This document shows positions 10,057-19,634 of a stretch of 64,000 bases of DNA, piece by piece (position 1 is the stretch's first letter; every line of letters begins with the position of its first letter). The stretch comes from Gemmatimonadota bacterium. Its GTDB lineage: Bacteria; Gemmatimonadota; Gemmatimonadetes; Palauibacterales; Palauibacteraceae. The stretch covers positions 34,309 to 98,308 of the forward strand of contig JBDHAC010000005.1 of the NCBI GenBank assembly GCA_039588275.1. The letters are read 5' to 3'. The notes beneath the pieces are model-generated. The model made no database searches and was not told where the DNA came from. It worked only from the letters and a program-made list of their open reading frames with translations. A program made the translations under genes and the position numbers.

Positions 10057-10719
10057 TCAGAGCTTCTCGAGGTAGAGGTTCCGCCAGCGGATCTTGATCC
10101 CGCCCCCGTCGTGGATCTGGAGCGCGATGGAGCCCTCCGCCTCGCCGATGCGCTCGTCGCTCAGGTCGACCATCTGGACCCCGTTCAGCCAGGTGGTGAC
10201 GCGATCCCCGACGGCGCGGATCCGCATCGTGTTCCACTCACCCATGTTCAGGACCGAATCCAGCGCGGGGTCGGGCTGAATTAGCCAGCCGCGTCCGTAC
10301 GATTCGTAGATGCCCCCGGTGTGCCGACCCGGTGGCGCGACCTCCGCCTGCCACCCGCTGATCCGGGTCCCTTCGAGGTGCGACCGGATGAAGACGCCGC
10401 TGTTGCCGTCCGCCTCCTGCTTGAACTCGAGTGTGAGCTCGAAGTCGCGGTACTTGGCCTCGGTCGCCAGGTAGCCGTACGCTTCGTCCGGGCCGCTCTC
10501 ACACACCAGCTCGCCATCCTCCACGTACCACCGTTCGGTACCATGGATCGTCCACCCCGAGAGATCCTGCCCGTTGAACAGGGAGACCCCCTCGGCCTGC
10601 GCCCCGAGCGCAGCCGGCTGGGTGGCGGCAAGCAGGCACCAGAGCAGGCCCCTGAACGCGAGACGAACGGCGCGAAGCTCACATCGAGAGTCGGGGAAGC
10701 GCTGGGTTTGATCGGTCAT
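10057..10719 (-). CDS. DUF1080 family (3-keto-disaccharide hydrolase-like) exported protein
   Basis: LFNGQDLSGW, GNSGVFIR, TGGIY, GEWNTMRI, IALQIHDG motifs. Confidence 0.9.
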   Translation of the reverse strand: MTDQTQRFPDSRCELRAVRLAFRGLLWCLLAATQPAALGAQAEGVSLFNGQDLSGWTIHGTERWYVEDGELVCESGPDEAYGYLATEAKYRDFELTLEFKQEADGNSGVFIRSHLEGTRISGWQAEVAPPGRHTGGIYESYGRGWLIQPDPALDSVLNMGEWNTMRIRAVGDRVTTWLNGVQMVDLSDERIGEAEGSIALQIHDGGGIKIRWRNLYLEKL

Positions 10720-10942
10720 GGCACGAAGACTCCGGTTTTCCGGCCTCGAGGCACCTCTCCCCAAAACTTGGCCGGACCGTTCCGCGTCAGCAATTCGCCG
10801 CTCTCGCCGAACGGTTACACTTTCTCTCGCCCGAACGACCTGTCGCGCCCCAGGCCGACTGCGGGTCGCCGCCCTCGCTTGCCCTCTCCTCATGTGTCCG
10901 GCGACCTTGTTACGTGGAGGGTGAACAACCTGAAGGAGGCGT

Positions 10943-11479
10943 ATGGAGCTCAGCACGCTAGCTAACCTGGCCGAGATCATCGGTGCCGCCATCGTGGTCG
11001 GCGGCGTGGCGTTCGCCTTCGTTCAGCTCGCCCATTTCCGCCGCCAGCGGCACGATCTGGCCGCGCTCGAGCTGGCGCGCTCGTTCGAAACTCCCGAATT
11101 CGCACACGCCCTCCGCCTCGTCCTCTCGCTACCTGATGGGATCACCGCAGAACAGCTCAGGAAGATGGACTCACAGTACGAAGACGCGGCGATGCTCGTG
11201 AGCCTCACGTTCGAGTCGGTGGGGATCATGGTCCACCGCCGTATCACCAGCCTGGACATGGTTTGGGAGTTGATGGGTGGCGTCGTGTTAGCGGCATGGG
11301 AGAAGCTGAGCGTGTGGGCGGGTACCATCCGCCAGGAGCAAGGGCGCGAGAAGTTCGATGAGTGGATCCAGTGGCTGTGCGATCAGATGAGGCGCTACCC
11401 GGAAGTCGGGCTGGAGCCCGCCTACGTTGAGCACCGGGACTGGAAGCCTCGACGCGTCTCGATGTGGTCGCCCGGGTGA
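10943..11479 (+). CDS. DUF4760-like membrane-anchored protein
   Basis: AAGGAGG RBS; N-terminal TM helix then FE.VG..V, W.KL..W, F.EW.QWL pattern. Confidence 0.7.
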   Translation: MELSTLANLAEIIGAAIVVGGVAFAFVQLAHFRRQRHDLAALELARSFETPEFAHALRLVLSLPDGITAEQLRKMDSQYEDAAMLVSLTFESVGIMVHRRITSLDMVWELMGGVVLAAWEKLSVWAGTIRQEQGREKFDEWIQWLCDQMRRYPEVGLEPAYVEHRDWKPRRVSMWSPG

Positions 11480-12666
11480 TGAGTCCCCTGGTGGGTCCTC
11501 CGGAGACCGCAGCGCTCACCTGCCAGAAGGAGCTGTTCTCGCTTCCCGACGGGTGTCACTACCTGAACTGCGCGTACATGTCCCCTCTATCCAGGCGGGT
11601 TCAGGAAGCCGGCGTCGCGGGCGTCCGGAGGAAGGCGGTCCCGGCCGAGATCCGGTCGGAGGACTTCTTCACCGGCTGTGACGAGGTGAGACGGCTGTTC
11701 GCCGGTCTCGTCAACGTATCCGATCCGACCCGGGTCGCGATCATTCCCGCCGTTTCGTACGGGCTGGCTGCCGTGGCCAGGAACACCCCCGTCGGACGTG
11801 GCCAGAACATCGTGACCGTGCACCACCAGTTCCCCTCGAACGTCCATGTCTGGCGGCGCGTGTGCGCCGCGGAGGGCTCGAGCCTTCGTGTGATCGCTCC
11901 GCCGGTTGCCGGCCCCGACCGCGTGCGACTGTGGAACGAGGCGATCCTGGACGCGATCGATCGTGACACGGCGATCGTCGCGGTCGGGCCCCTGCATTGG
12001 ACGGACGGCACCCGGATCGACCTGGTCCGAATCGGTGAACGGGCGCGGGAGGTGGGTGCCGCCTTCATCGTGGACGGTACCCAGGCTGTGGGAGCCGAGC
12101 CGTTCGATGTCGAGGAGCTTCGGCCGGACGCCCTCGTTTGTGCCGCGTACAAGTGGCTGACCGGGCCCTACTCGATCGGTGCCGCCTACTTTGGCCCTCG
12201 CTACGACGATGGCGTGCCTCTCGAGGAAACGTGGCAGGGCAGGGTGGGAAGCCACGACTTCGCGGGACTCGTGGAGCAGAGCGACGCATACAGACCGGGC
12301 GCTGCCCGCTACGATGTCGGAGAGACGGCCAACTTCGTTCTCATCCCGATGTTCACTGCGGCCCTGGAACAGCTGCTCGAGTGGGGGGTCGCGAACCTTC
12401 AGGGGTATGTGAAGGGGCTCACCCGCGACCTCTTCGAGGGCGGCCGACTCGAGGCGCTCGGCGTCGACGTGGCGCGGCCGCATGGCGAGCACCTGTTCGG
12501 CCTGCGGCTCTCCGAGGACAGCGACGTGGCGCGGGTACAGGCCCGCCTCCGCGAGCGAGACGTGTTCGTGTCCGTGCGTGGGACGGTCATCCGCGTTTCA
12601 CCACACATCTACAACGACACGGAGGACATCGAAGCGCTGCTGGACGCGTTGGAGGGCGCGCGCTGA
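11479..12666 (+). CDS. Class V PLP-dependent aminotransferase (Cys/Sec lyase-like)
   Basis: YLNCAYMSP, VDGTQAVG, AAYKWLTGP (PLP Lys), IRVSPHIYN; TGATG overlap with upstream gene. Confidence 0.9.
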   Translation: MSPLVGPPETAALTCQKELFSLPDGCHYLNCAYMSPLSRRVQEAGVAGVRRKAVPAEIRSEDFFTGCDEVRRLFAGLVNVSDPTRVAIIPAVSYGLAAVARNTPVGRGQNIVTVHHQFPSNVHVWRRVCAAEGSSLRVIAPPVAGPDRVRLWNEAILDAIDRDTAIVAVGPLHWTDGTRIDLVRIGERAREVGAAFIVDGTQAVGAEPFDVEELRPDALVCAAYKWLTGPYSIGAAYFGPRYDDGVPLEETWQGRVGSHDFAGLVEQSDAYRPGAARYDVGETANFVLIPMFTAALEQLLEWGVANLQGYVKGLTRDLFEGGRLEALGVDVARPHGEHLFGLRLSEDSDVARVQARLRERDVFVSVRGTVIRVSPHIYNDTEDIEALLDALEGAR

Positions 12667-12723
12667 GCAACCGAGATCAAGGAGCGGCCGAGGGAGGATG
12701 ACCGGCCGCGCATAACGAGAAGC

Positions 12724-14268
12724 ATGAGTCAAATCCCCGTCGTCGAGCATCATCGTGCGGGGCCGACCCCCGCGCAGGTAGCCAAGGCCGAGCGACTCGC
12801 TCGCAAGCTCGAAGTCGAACAGCCGGCCCTGGAGGTACCCGAGCGATTTCGCGCTTTGGTGCCGACCAGCCTCGAGGACGCCCCGACCCTTCACCTGGAC
12901 GACCTGAGCGCGATTCCGCTTCTGGATCGCAACTATGACATCAGCTTTGTCGAAGACCGGGCTCGGCTGCGCGCCGGCGATGGAGACTTCGTAGCCAGCT
13001 GCGCGGAACCGGTAGCCGAATTCGAGCCCTACTGCCGAGAACATCTGGGTCTCGGCTCCGTGACCTGGCTCCGCCCGCGCGCCCGCGGGCGAAAGCTACG
13101 GGTCGCGGACGCCTGCTGGTCTGACTCGGAAGTTCGCCGGCGTCTCCTGAAGGCGATCCGGAGCGATCGGCTGCTCTACGTACACCCGCACATAGGGAGC
13201 TTTCTCGTTTGGGCCGTGGCGCTCCTGTTTGCCGAGGCGAGCGGAGGCCCCCTCAAGGTCATCGCGCCTCCGCCGGGTGTCACGGGCGCCGCGAATCACA
13301 AGCTCTGGTTCGCGGATGTGGTGCGAAGACTGTTTGGACGGTCGGCGATCCCGCGCACCGAGCGGGCATCCGACTTCGCGACGCTGGCGGTGGCCGCGCA
13401 GCGTCTGGCGGAGGACTCCGAGCGCATCGTGGTGAAGATCCCGGACTCCGCGGGCGGGGCCGGGAACAAGGTCGTGCGCGCGTCGAAACTTCGCGGGCTC
13501 GAGCTGGGTCAGGTGCGACGCCGCCTGAAGCGAATGATGGAGGAGCTGGGTTGGTGGAAGGGCGAGCCCATCCTCGTGTCCGCCTGGGAGAGCTACGTCC
13601 TGTCCTCACCCTCCGCTCAGCTTTGGATCCCCCCGGTCAACGACGGCGAACCGGTAGTCGAAGGCCTGTACGAGCAGCTCCTCGAGGGACCTCAGGGCCA
13701 GTTCGTCGGGAGCCGGCCCGCCCACCTCCCACCACCGCTAGCCCAGGAGATCACCGACCAGAGCTGGCTGCTGGGCAGGTTGTTCCAGTTGCTGGGGTAC
13801 GTGGGTCGCTGCTCGTTCGACCTGCTGCTGATCGGGCGAAGCATGGATTCCTGTCGCATCGCGTTCGTCGAGTGCAACGGTCGCTGGGGCGGTACATCGG
13901 GCCCCATGACTCTGATGAACCGACTGTTCTCGCGCTGGAGCGCGCGGCCCTACGTCTCCAAGGCGTGCTTCGTGCCCGGGGTGACCCGCTTCGCCTACGC
14001 GGATGTCCTCGAGCACTTCAGCGACGAGCTGTTCGATGCACGGACCGACGAGGGGCGATTTATCTTCTTCAACCCGGGCGGGTTCAAGACCCCACACGGC
14101 GTCGACCTCATCGCGTTGGGCGAGGACTGGAGCCACGCCAGCGAAGTCGTCGAGCGGGAATTCATGGTGCGGCTGCAAGGCATGGTGGGGGCGTCGGGTG
14201 AGGCGCGCGCGACCCTGTCCCCCGACCGCGCACGCCCCTCGCGGACCGCAGCGGTGTCCGAACCGTAG
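12724..14268 (+). CDS. ATP-grasp ligase with pre-ATP-grasp domain (PGM1-like peptide ligase family)
   Basis: NHKLWF, VVKIPDSAGGAGN, SPSAQ, GYVGRCSFD, ECNGRWGGTS. Confidence 0.75.
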   Translation: MSQIPVVEHHRAGPTPAQVAKAERLARKLEVEQPALEVPERFRALVPTSLEDAPTLHLDDLSAIPLLDRNYDISFVEDRARLRAGDGDFVASCAEPVAEFEPYCREHLGLGSVTWLRPRARGRKLRVADACWSDSEVRRRLLKAIRSDRLLYVHPHIGSFLVWAVALLFAEASGGPLKVIAPPPGVTGAANHKLWFADVVRRLFGRSAIPRTERASDFATLAVAAQRLAEDSERIVVKIPDSAGGAGNKVVRASKLRGLELGQVRRRLKRMMEELGWWKGEPILVSAWESYVLSSPSAQLWIPPVNDGEPVVEGLYEQLLEGPQGQFVGSRPAHLPPPLAQEITDQSWLLGRLFQLLGYVGRCSFDLLLIGRSMDSCRIAFVECNGRWGGTSGPMTLMNRLFSRWSARPYVSKACFVPGVTRFAYADVLEHFSDELFDARTDEGRFIFFNPGGFKTPHGVDLIALGEDWSHASEVVEREFMVRLQGMVGASGEARATLSPDRARPSRTAAVSEP

Positions 14269-14285
14269 CGGCTCTCGCCGGCTCG

Positions 14286-15119
14286 TTAGATCGGCAGTAG
14301 CGTCGCGCGGATCCCGTTGTCGACCGCGAGGAGGCTCCCCTCTGGCACCTCCTCCCAGTCCTCCTGGGTGATCGGCTCCGAGGCCACCGCCACGGCTTCG
14401 TACGCAGCGTCTGAGATCGGCTGTACGTGTGGGATTCCGCACATCTCGCAATCCCTGATGCCGTGTCTGAGAACCCAATACAGCGAGTGGCGCCAGCGGC
14501 TCGCGAGCAGAATACTCCCATCGGTCAGGATGATGTTCAGTCGCGTCGGCTTGGTCTCGCCGGCAGCCGCCGATCGCTCGCTCAGCTCCGCGATACCCGC
14601 GCCCACCACGCTCGACAGGGTCCCCAGCTCGACAGGCTCGAGAGCGTCCACGTCGGCCTCTCGCATGCGGCTGAGGAGCCACAAGAACACCGCTTCGCTG
14701 TCGGTTTCCCCTCGGCGACCGGCGAGCAGGTCGGGGTCGGTCTCTGCATCGAGTTGCGGGCGCAGGGAGTCGATCGCGCGCAACGTGCCGTTGTGGGCAA
14801 ACACCCACCGTCCATGCATGAACGGCTGCGTGTTCTCGAGGGCCAGGGGTCCGACGGTTGCCTGCCGGACGTGCGCCACGACCGTTCGGGCGTAGCTACG
14901 CGCCGCGGTCAGGCCGAAACGGAAATCCTCGAACGCCGCCCGGGCGCGTCGCTGGACTCGCGGGACGCCATCCTCGTACGAGGCGATGCCCCATCCGTCC
15001 GGGTGAGGGAGGCCCCTGACGTCCGACGCGCTCTGACTCAAGAGCGCGTTCTGCGCATACACCAGGCTGCACTCGACCTTCGTCGGCTGGCTGGCGCGGA
15101 AACCGTACAGGCGGCACAT
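14286..15119 (-). CDS. Class II glutamine amidotransferase (EgtC/YafJ/DUG3-like Ntn hydrolase)
   Basis: N-terminal MCRL nucleophile, DGWG, AHVRQAT, NTQPF, FAHNG, GETDSE, VASEP. Confidence 0.92.
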   Translation of the reverse strand: MCRLYGFRASQPTKVECSLVYAQNALLSQSASDVRGLPHPDGWGIASYEDGVPRVQRRARAAFEDFRFGLTAARSYARTVVAHVRQATVGPLALENTQPFMHGRWVFAHNGTLRAIDSLRPQLDAETDPDLLAGRRGETDSEAVFLWLLSRMREADVDALEPVELGTLSSVVGAGIAELSERSAAAGETKPTRLNIILTDGSILLASRWRHSLYWVLRHGIRDCEMCGIPHVQPISDAAYEAVAVASEPITQEDWEEVPEGSLLAVDNGIRATLLPI

Positions 15120-15191
15120 GTAGGGTTGTCGGTCGCTCCTTCTTGACAGGCCGACTGCGTTCTGCCGCGCCCTGCCACGCCCTGCCGGGCC

Positions 15192-15671
15192 CTAGGCGTC
15201 GCCGGAGGGCCCCGACCGCTCGCTCCAGCGGGGAGCGCGGGCGCGTATCTCCTGCCAGCGCTCCATGACGCGCTCCTCCTGTGCCGGATCCAGATCGCCG
15301 ATGTGACTGAGCAGCGTCCCACAGCTGATAGCGTGATCGAGCGCGATTTCGACCTGGCCGAGAAGGCGCTCCCGCCCGACATCGTCAAGTTCGGCGATTC
15401 CTCCTGAGAGCAGGGTCTTGACCGCGGCCTGACCTTCGTCGTGCTCCTCGTACAGCCGGTTCACGAACTCGCTTCCGAGCCGGGTCGCGAGCTCCGGATA
15501 GAAGATTTCCTCTTCGAACTCCATGTGTGCCCCGACCAGACGATCCATGACCTCGGCCCGGTGGGCTGCGGTCTCCAGATCGTTCTTCTTCAGGGCTTGG
15601 TGGATCTCGTACAACCCGCGCGTCAGGTGCCGGTGCTCATCGAGAAACATCTGCGCTAGCTTAGAGCTCAT
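15192..15671 (-). CDS. Hemerythrin/HHE cation-binding domain protein
   Basis: DEHR...HMEFEEEIFYP...EEHD helical motif. Confidence 0.82.
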   Translation of the reverse strand: MSSKLAQMFLDEHRHLTRGLYEIHQALKKNDLETAAHRAEVMDRLVGAHMEFEEEIFYPELATRLGSEFVNRLYEEHDEGQAAVKTLLSGGIAELDDVGRERLLGQVEIALDHAISCGTLLSHIGDLDPAQEERVMERWQEIRARAPRWSERSGPSGDA

Positions 15672-16031
15672 CGTCGTTCCCACCGTGTCTCCGCGCGGCA
15701 GTCGGCCGTGGACCCCTTCCCCGAGCGGCAACCTGATCGACTCCCACGCACTGACAACCCACATGTTACCCCAAAAAAAACGAACTTGGAACCATGCGCT
15801 CCATTCGCTAGCCTTAAGGCGGGAGTTGTGAGGCAGGGAGATCGGTGGCCCCGCGACACTCTCGAGGCGGGGGACTCGTAGTCTCATGCGGGAACGGCCC
15901 CTCGCCCCCGCCGACTCATGAGCCGCGGCGGTACCGAGAGAACGGGCTGTGCGCGCGACGCCGGCCGCGAGAATGGGCTATGCGGACGACGCCGGCCAGG
16001 AGACAGGACAGCCTCAAGTGCGGATGACCGG

Positions 16032-17168
16032 ATGAACGCACACCGCAATCTACGAGCTGCACTGCTCGTCGCATTGCTCGGATTCCTGTGTATCACCTGG
16101 TTCGGCCAGCCGGGGACCCAGCTCGTGCCCCGCCTGGATACCGCCCGCACATGGACCGTCGACTTTCAGGCCCTGTCCCCGGCTCGACAGGCAGAGGCGG
16201 TGGCCGCGCTCACCCGGGTACAGGAACGACACAACCGCCGGTTCTTCGGGATTCCCGGTGTGCTCGCGACCGGAGTTGGCCTGACGGAGGGCGGGCGGCT
16301 GGCTCTCCGGGTCTACGTCAATCGCGATGCCTCTTCGCTTGTGGAGTCCCTGATCGGGGCGCGGCTTGATGGCTTCCCCGTCGTCGTACGCGAGGCCGGG
16401 CCCTTCGTCGCGCTCCAGGAGCTCCCCGCCGCAGCCCCGGCCCGCGAATCGGAACGCGACCCGGACGACTCGGATGTGAATCGCATGGGTTGGTTCGAGC
16501 GTCCGGTCCCCATCGGCGTGTCGACCGGCCACTCCACCGTCACGGCAGGAACGATCGGAGCCGTGGTAACCGATGGCGCACAGCAGTACGCCCTCAGCAA
16601 CCAGCACATCTACGCGGCTGAGAACCGCGTCAGGATCGGCGACAACCTGCTGCAGCCGGGTCCTGCGGACGGAGGTTCCGACCCGACCGACGCCATCGGC
16701 ACGCTGGCGGCATTCGAGCGCATCAACTACTCGCTCGTCGCGAACAACCGAATCGACGCGGCGCTCGCTCTCACGACGCAGGTCGACTACCGGACCCCGC
16801 GGGATGGCTACGGAGCGCCCCGCACGGGCACGACGACCGCTCGCCCGGGCATGAAGGTCAAGAAGTACGGCCGCACCACCGGCCTGACGACGGGCCGCGT
16901 CGATGCGATCAACGTGACCGTGAGCGTCCGGTACAAGTCCGACATCGCGCGCTTCACCGGACAGATCATCATCTGCTGCTCCGCCAGCGCCGGGGGAGAC
17001 TCGGGATCATTGGTCGTCCAGGACGACGTGGACAAAGACGGCGTCGAGGGTAGCGAGGATCGGAGGCCCGTCGGTCTCCTGTTCGCCGGTGACGGACGTT
17101 TGACGATCGCCAACCCGATCGACGAGGTGCTGGGCAGGTTCGGCGTACGAGTCGTGGGGGATAACTGA
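16032..17168 (+). CDS. Exported trypsin-like (S1-clan) serine protease with N-terminal prodomain
   Basis: Signal/TM segment; catalytic triad motifs LSNQH, IDAAL, GGDSGS; KYGRTTGLT. Confidence 0.85.
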   Translation: MNAHRNLRAALLVALLGFLCITWFGQPGTQLVPRLDTARTWTVDFQALSPARQAEAVAALTRVQERHNRRFFGIPGVLATGVGLTEGGRLALRVYVNRDASSLVESLIGARLDGFPVVVREAGPFVALQELPAAAPARESERDPDDSDVNRMGWFERPVPIGVSTGHSTVTAGTIGAVVTDGAQQYALSNQHIYAAENRVRIGDNLLQPGPADGGSDPTDAIGTLAAFERINYSLVANNRIDAALALTTQVDYRTPRDGYGAPRTGTTTARPGMKVKKYGRTTGLTTGRVDAINVTVSVRYKSDIARFTGQIIICCSASAGGDSGSLVVQDDVDKDGVEGSEDRRPVGLLFAGDGRLTIANPIDEVLGRFGVRVVGDN

Positions 17169-18562
17169 CGGTCCCGGCACCTCGCCCACCCAGGAGCTCA
17201 CAGGCAGGCCTCCGGCGGGAAATCCGCCTTCCACACGCCACGGCACTCGTCGTCGGGACCATCATCGGCGCCTCGATCTTCGTTCAGCCTTCGGAGATCA
17301 CCGGCCAGGTTCCGTCGGTGATGGGAGTGTTTCTCGTCTGGCTCCTGAGCGGCGCTCTCACCGTATGCGGCGCGCTCGTATGTGCGGAGATGGCCTCGAT
17401 CTTCTCGCGGACCGGGGGCGTCTACGTGTACCTGAGCGAAGCCTTCTCCCCCGCCGTCGGGTTCCTCTGGGGCTGGGCGATGTTCTGGGTGATGCACTCG
17501 GGGATCATCGCGGCCATCGCGATCGTGTTCGCCCGGTACGTCGGGTTCTTCACGCCGCTCGGCGACACGGCTACGAAGTCCATCGCCATCGCGGCGATCC
17601 TGGCCCTGTCGGCGGTGAACTACGCGGGGGTCAGGCACGGGGCTCGGCTGCAGGCGCTGTTCACGCTGGGGAAGCTGCTCGCGATCGCGCTCATCATCGT
17701 GCTCGGGTTCGCGCTCGGCGGCGGCATGGACGCGCCAGCTACGAACGCCTCGCCTTCTGCCGGGGTTGGCACTGGGGCGGACGCGGCCGGTGCGCCGCTG
17801 ACCCTCGACGGCTTCATCGCCGCGGTCGTCGCCGGCCTGTTCGCCTACGGCGGGTGGCACATGGTCACGTACAGTTCCGAGGAAACGGTCACGCCCAAGT
17901 CGACGATCCCTCGAGCGCTGCTGCTCGGAACGGCGATCGTGACGTTCGTCTACATCGGCATGAACGCGGTCTACCTCTACGTGCTCCCGCTCGAGACCGT
18001 CGCGTCATCCACTCGCGTCGCCGCCGATCTGGCGGATGCGGTCCTCGGGTTCGGCGGAGGCGCGTTCATGTCCGGACTAGTGATCTTCTCCACCTTCGGG
18101 GCGTTGAGCGGGATCATCCTCGCCGGGCCACGCGTCTACTACGCGATGGCGGGTGATGGGCTCCTCTTTCCGGGAGTGGGCGAGGTCCACGCGCGGTTTC
18201 GAACTCCGGGGCGAGCGATCGGTCTGCAGGCCGTCTGGGCATCCGTGTTGGTTGCCACCGGGACGTACCGGGCGCTGTTCAGCCGCGTCATCTATACGGA
18301 GTGGCTGTTCTTCGGCTTGTTGGCGATCGGGCTGATCCGGCTGCGGCGTAGAGTCGATCTCGAGCGGGGGTACTCGATCTGGGGCTATCCCATCACGCCC
18401 ATCGTATTCGCCCTCTCGTCGTTCTTCATCATCTTCAATCACATCGGGGCGAACGCGCGCGATAGCGCGTACGGGCTGTCGCTCGTTCTGCTGGGACTCC
18501 CGGTGTATTTTCTCTGGGCCTCGAAGCGAGCCCGTACGCCGGAGCGGCCGAAAGAGGACTGA
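17165..18562 (+). CDS. APC family amino acid permease (probable CTG start)
   Basis: About 12 TM; TM1 LVVGTIIGASIF lies upstream of the first ATG/GTG (17318); frame is open back to TAA at 17162; FAYGGW and GGVYVYL motifs. Confidence 0.88.
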   Translation: MTVPAPRPPRSSQAGLRREIRLPHATALVVGTIIGASIFVQPSEITGQVPSVMGVFLVWLLSGALTVCGALVCAEMASIFSRTGGVYVYLSEAFSPAVGFLWGWAMFWVMHSGIIAAIAIVFARYVGFFTPLGDTATKSIAIAAILALSAVNYAGVRHGARLQALFTLGKLLAIALIIVLGFALGGGMDAPATNASPSAGVGTGADAAGAPLTLDGFIAAVVAGLFAYGGWHMVTYSSEETVTPKSTIPRALLLGTAIVTFVYIGMNAVYLYVLPLETVASSTRVAADLADAVLGFGGGAFMSGLVIFSTFGALSGIILAGPRVYYAMAGDGLLFPGVGEVHARFRTPGRAIGLQAVWASVLVATGTYRALFSRVIYTEWLFFGLLAIGLIRLRRRVDLERGYSIWGYPITPIVFALSSFFIIFNHIGANARDSAYGLSLVLLGLPVYFLWASKRARTPERPKED

Positions 18563-18618
18563 TCGAGGACGAGAATCCCGCCGCCGCGCCGACTCGACCC
18601 GCCGGAGGGAACTGTCGC

Positions 18619-19611
18619 ATGCAGATCGTCGATTTCCACAACCACTACTACCCGCCGGAATACCTCGAAGCTCTTCAGAGCCGGCCCGGCAACATGGATG
18701 TGACCTTCGACGACGAGGGGAACCCAGTTCTACACTATCCGGGTGACTACAACGTCGTCGTACCCGGGCACCGCGACATCGGGTTTCGAGAGGGCGTTCT
18801 CGAAACGCAAGGCATCGATCGGCAAGTCCTCACCTTCACGGCCCCCGGGATTCTGATCGAGTCGCCCGAGCGCGCCGTGCAGCTGGCTCCGACCATAAAC
18901 GATGCACTGGCCCACATCGTAGAGGAACGCGGGCACCGCTTCAGCGCGCTCGCCACGTTGCCTCTGAACGACCCGCAGGCGTCGGTGATCGAGCTCGAGC
19001 GAACGTTCGACGAGCTAGGCCTGCCGGGCGCGATGTTGTTCGGAAACGTGAACGGCACCGCGCTCGCCGACGACCGCTTCTGGCCGCTCTACGAGCTGGC
19101 CAGCGAGCGAAGCGCGATCCTGTACATCCACCCGACGCAGGCCGTCGGCGTCGAGGCGATGCTCGACTACTGGCTGCTGCCCCTGATCGGGTTCACCTAC
19201 GATACCACGCTGGCTGCCGCCCACCTCGTGTTTAGCGGGGTCGTCGAGCGATTCCCGGGAATTCGCTGGGTCCTGGGCCACTTGGGCGGTGCGATCCCAT
19301 ACCTCGCCGAACGCCTCGATCGTGGCTTTGAGGCCTTCCAGGAATGTCGCCGCGACATCGACCGTCCGCCCAGCTGGTATCTGAGACGGTTTTACTATGA
19401 CACCGTGAACTTCGACCCAAACGCCCTGCGGCTGGCCATCGCCTTTGCGGGGACCAGCCAGCTACTCGCCGGGAGCGACTATCCCCACCGTATCGGGAGC
19501 ATCGAGAAGATGCTGGAGAGCATCGATGCTCTCGATCTCGACGAGGGCGATAAGGCTGGCATCCTGGGTGGAAACGCGGCGGAGCTGCTGGGCGTGTCCG
19601 CCTCAGGTTAG
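18619..19611 (+). CDS. Amidohydrolase_2 family protein (ACMSD-like decarboxylase/hydrolase)
   Basis: VDFHNH, YIHP, GHLGGAIP, FYYDT, GSDYPH; GGAGG RBS. Confidence 0.9.
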   Translation: MQIVDFHNHYYPPEYLEALQSRPGNMDVTFDDEGNPVLHYPGDYNVVVPGHRDIGFREGVLETQGIDRQVLTFTAPGILIESPERAVQLAPTINDALAHIVEERGHRFSALATLPLNDPQASVIELERTFDELGLPGAMLFGNVNGTALADDRFWPLYELASERSAILYIHPTQAVGVEAMLDYWLLPLIGFTYDTTLAAAHLVFSGVVERFPGIRWVLGHLGGAIPYLAERLDRGFEAFQECRRDIDRPPSWYLRRFYYDTVNFDPNALRLAIAFAGTSQLLAGSDYPHRIGSIEKMLESIDALDLDEGDKAGILGGNAAELLGVSASG

Positions 19612-19634
19612 GCCTCTTCAGGTTAGGCTTCTTC
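19603..19634. repeat. 15-bp tandem duplication spanning two convergent stop codons
   Basis: TCAGGTTAGGCCTCT / TCAGGTTAGGCTTCT. Confidence 0.75.

Noticed and set aside
11479..15119. Complete ergothioneine pathway
   Set aside because: Only EgtC-like and EgtE-like folds are present; no EgtB or EgtD in the window
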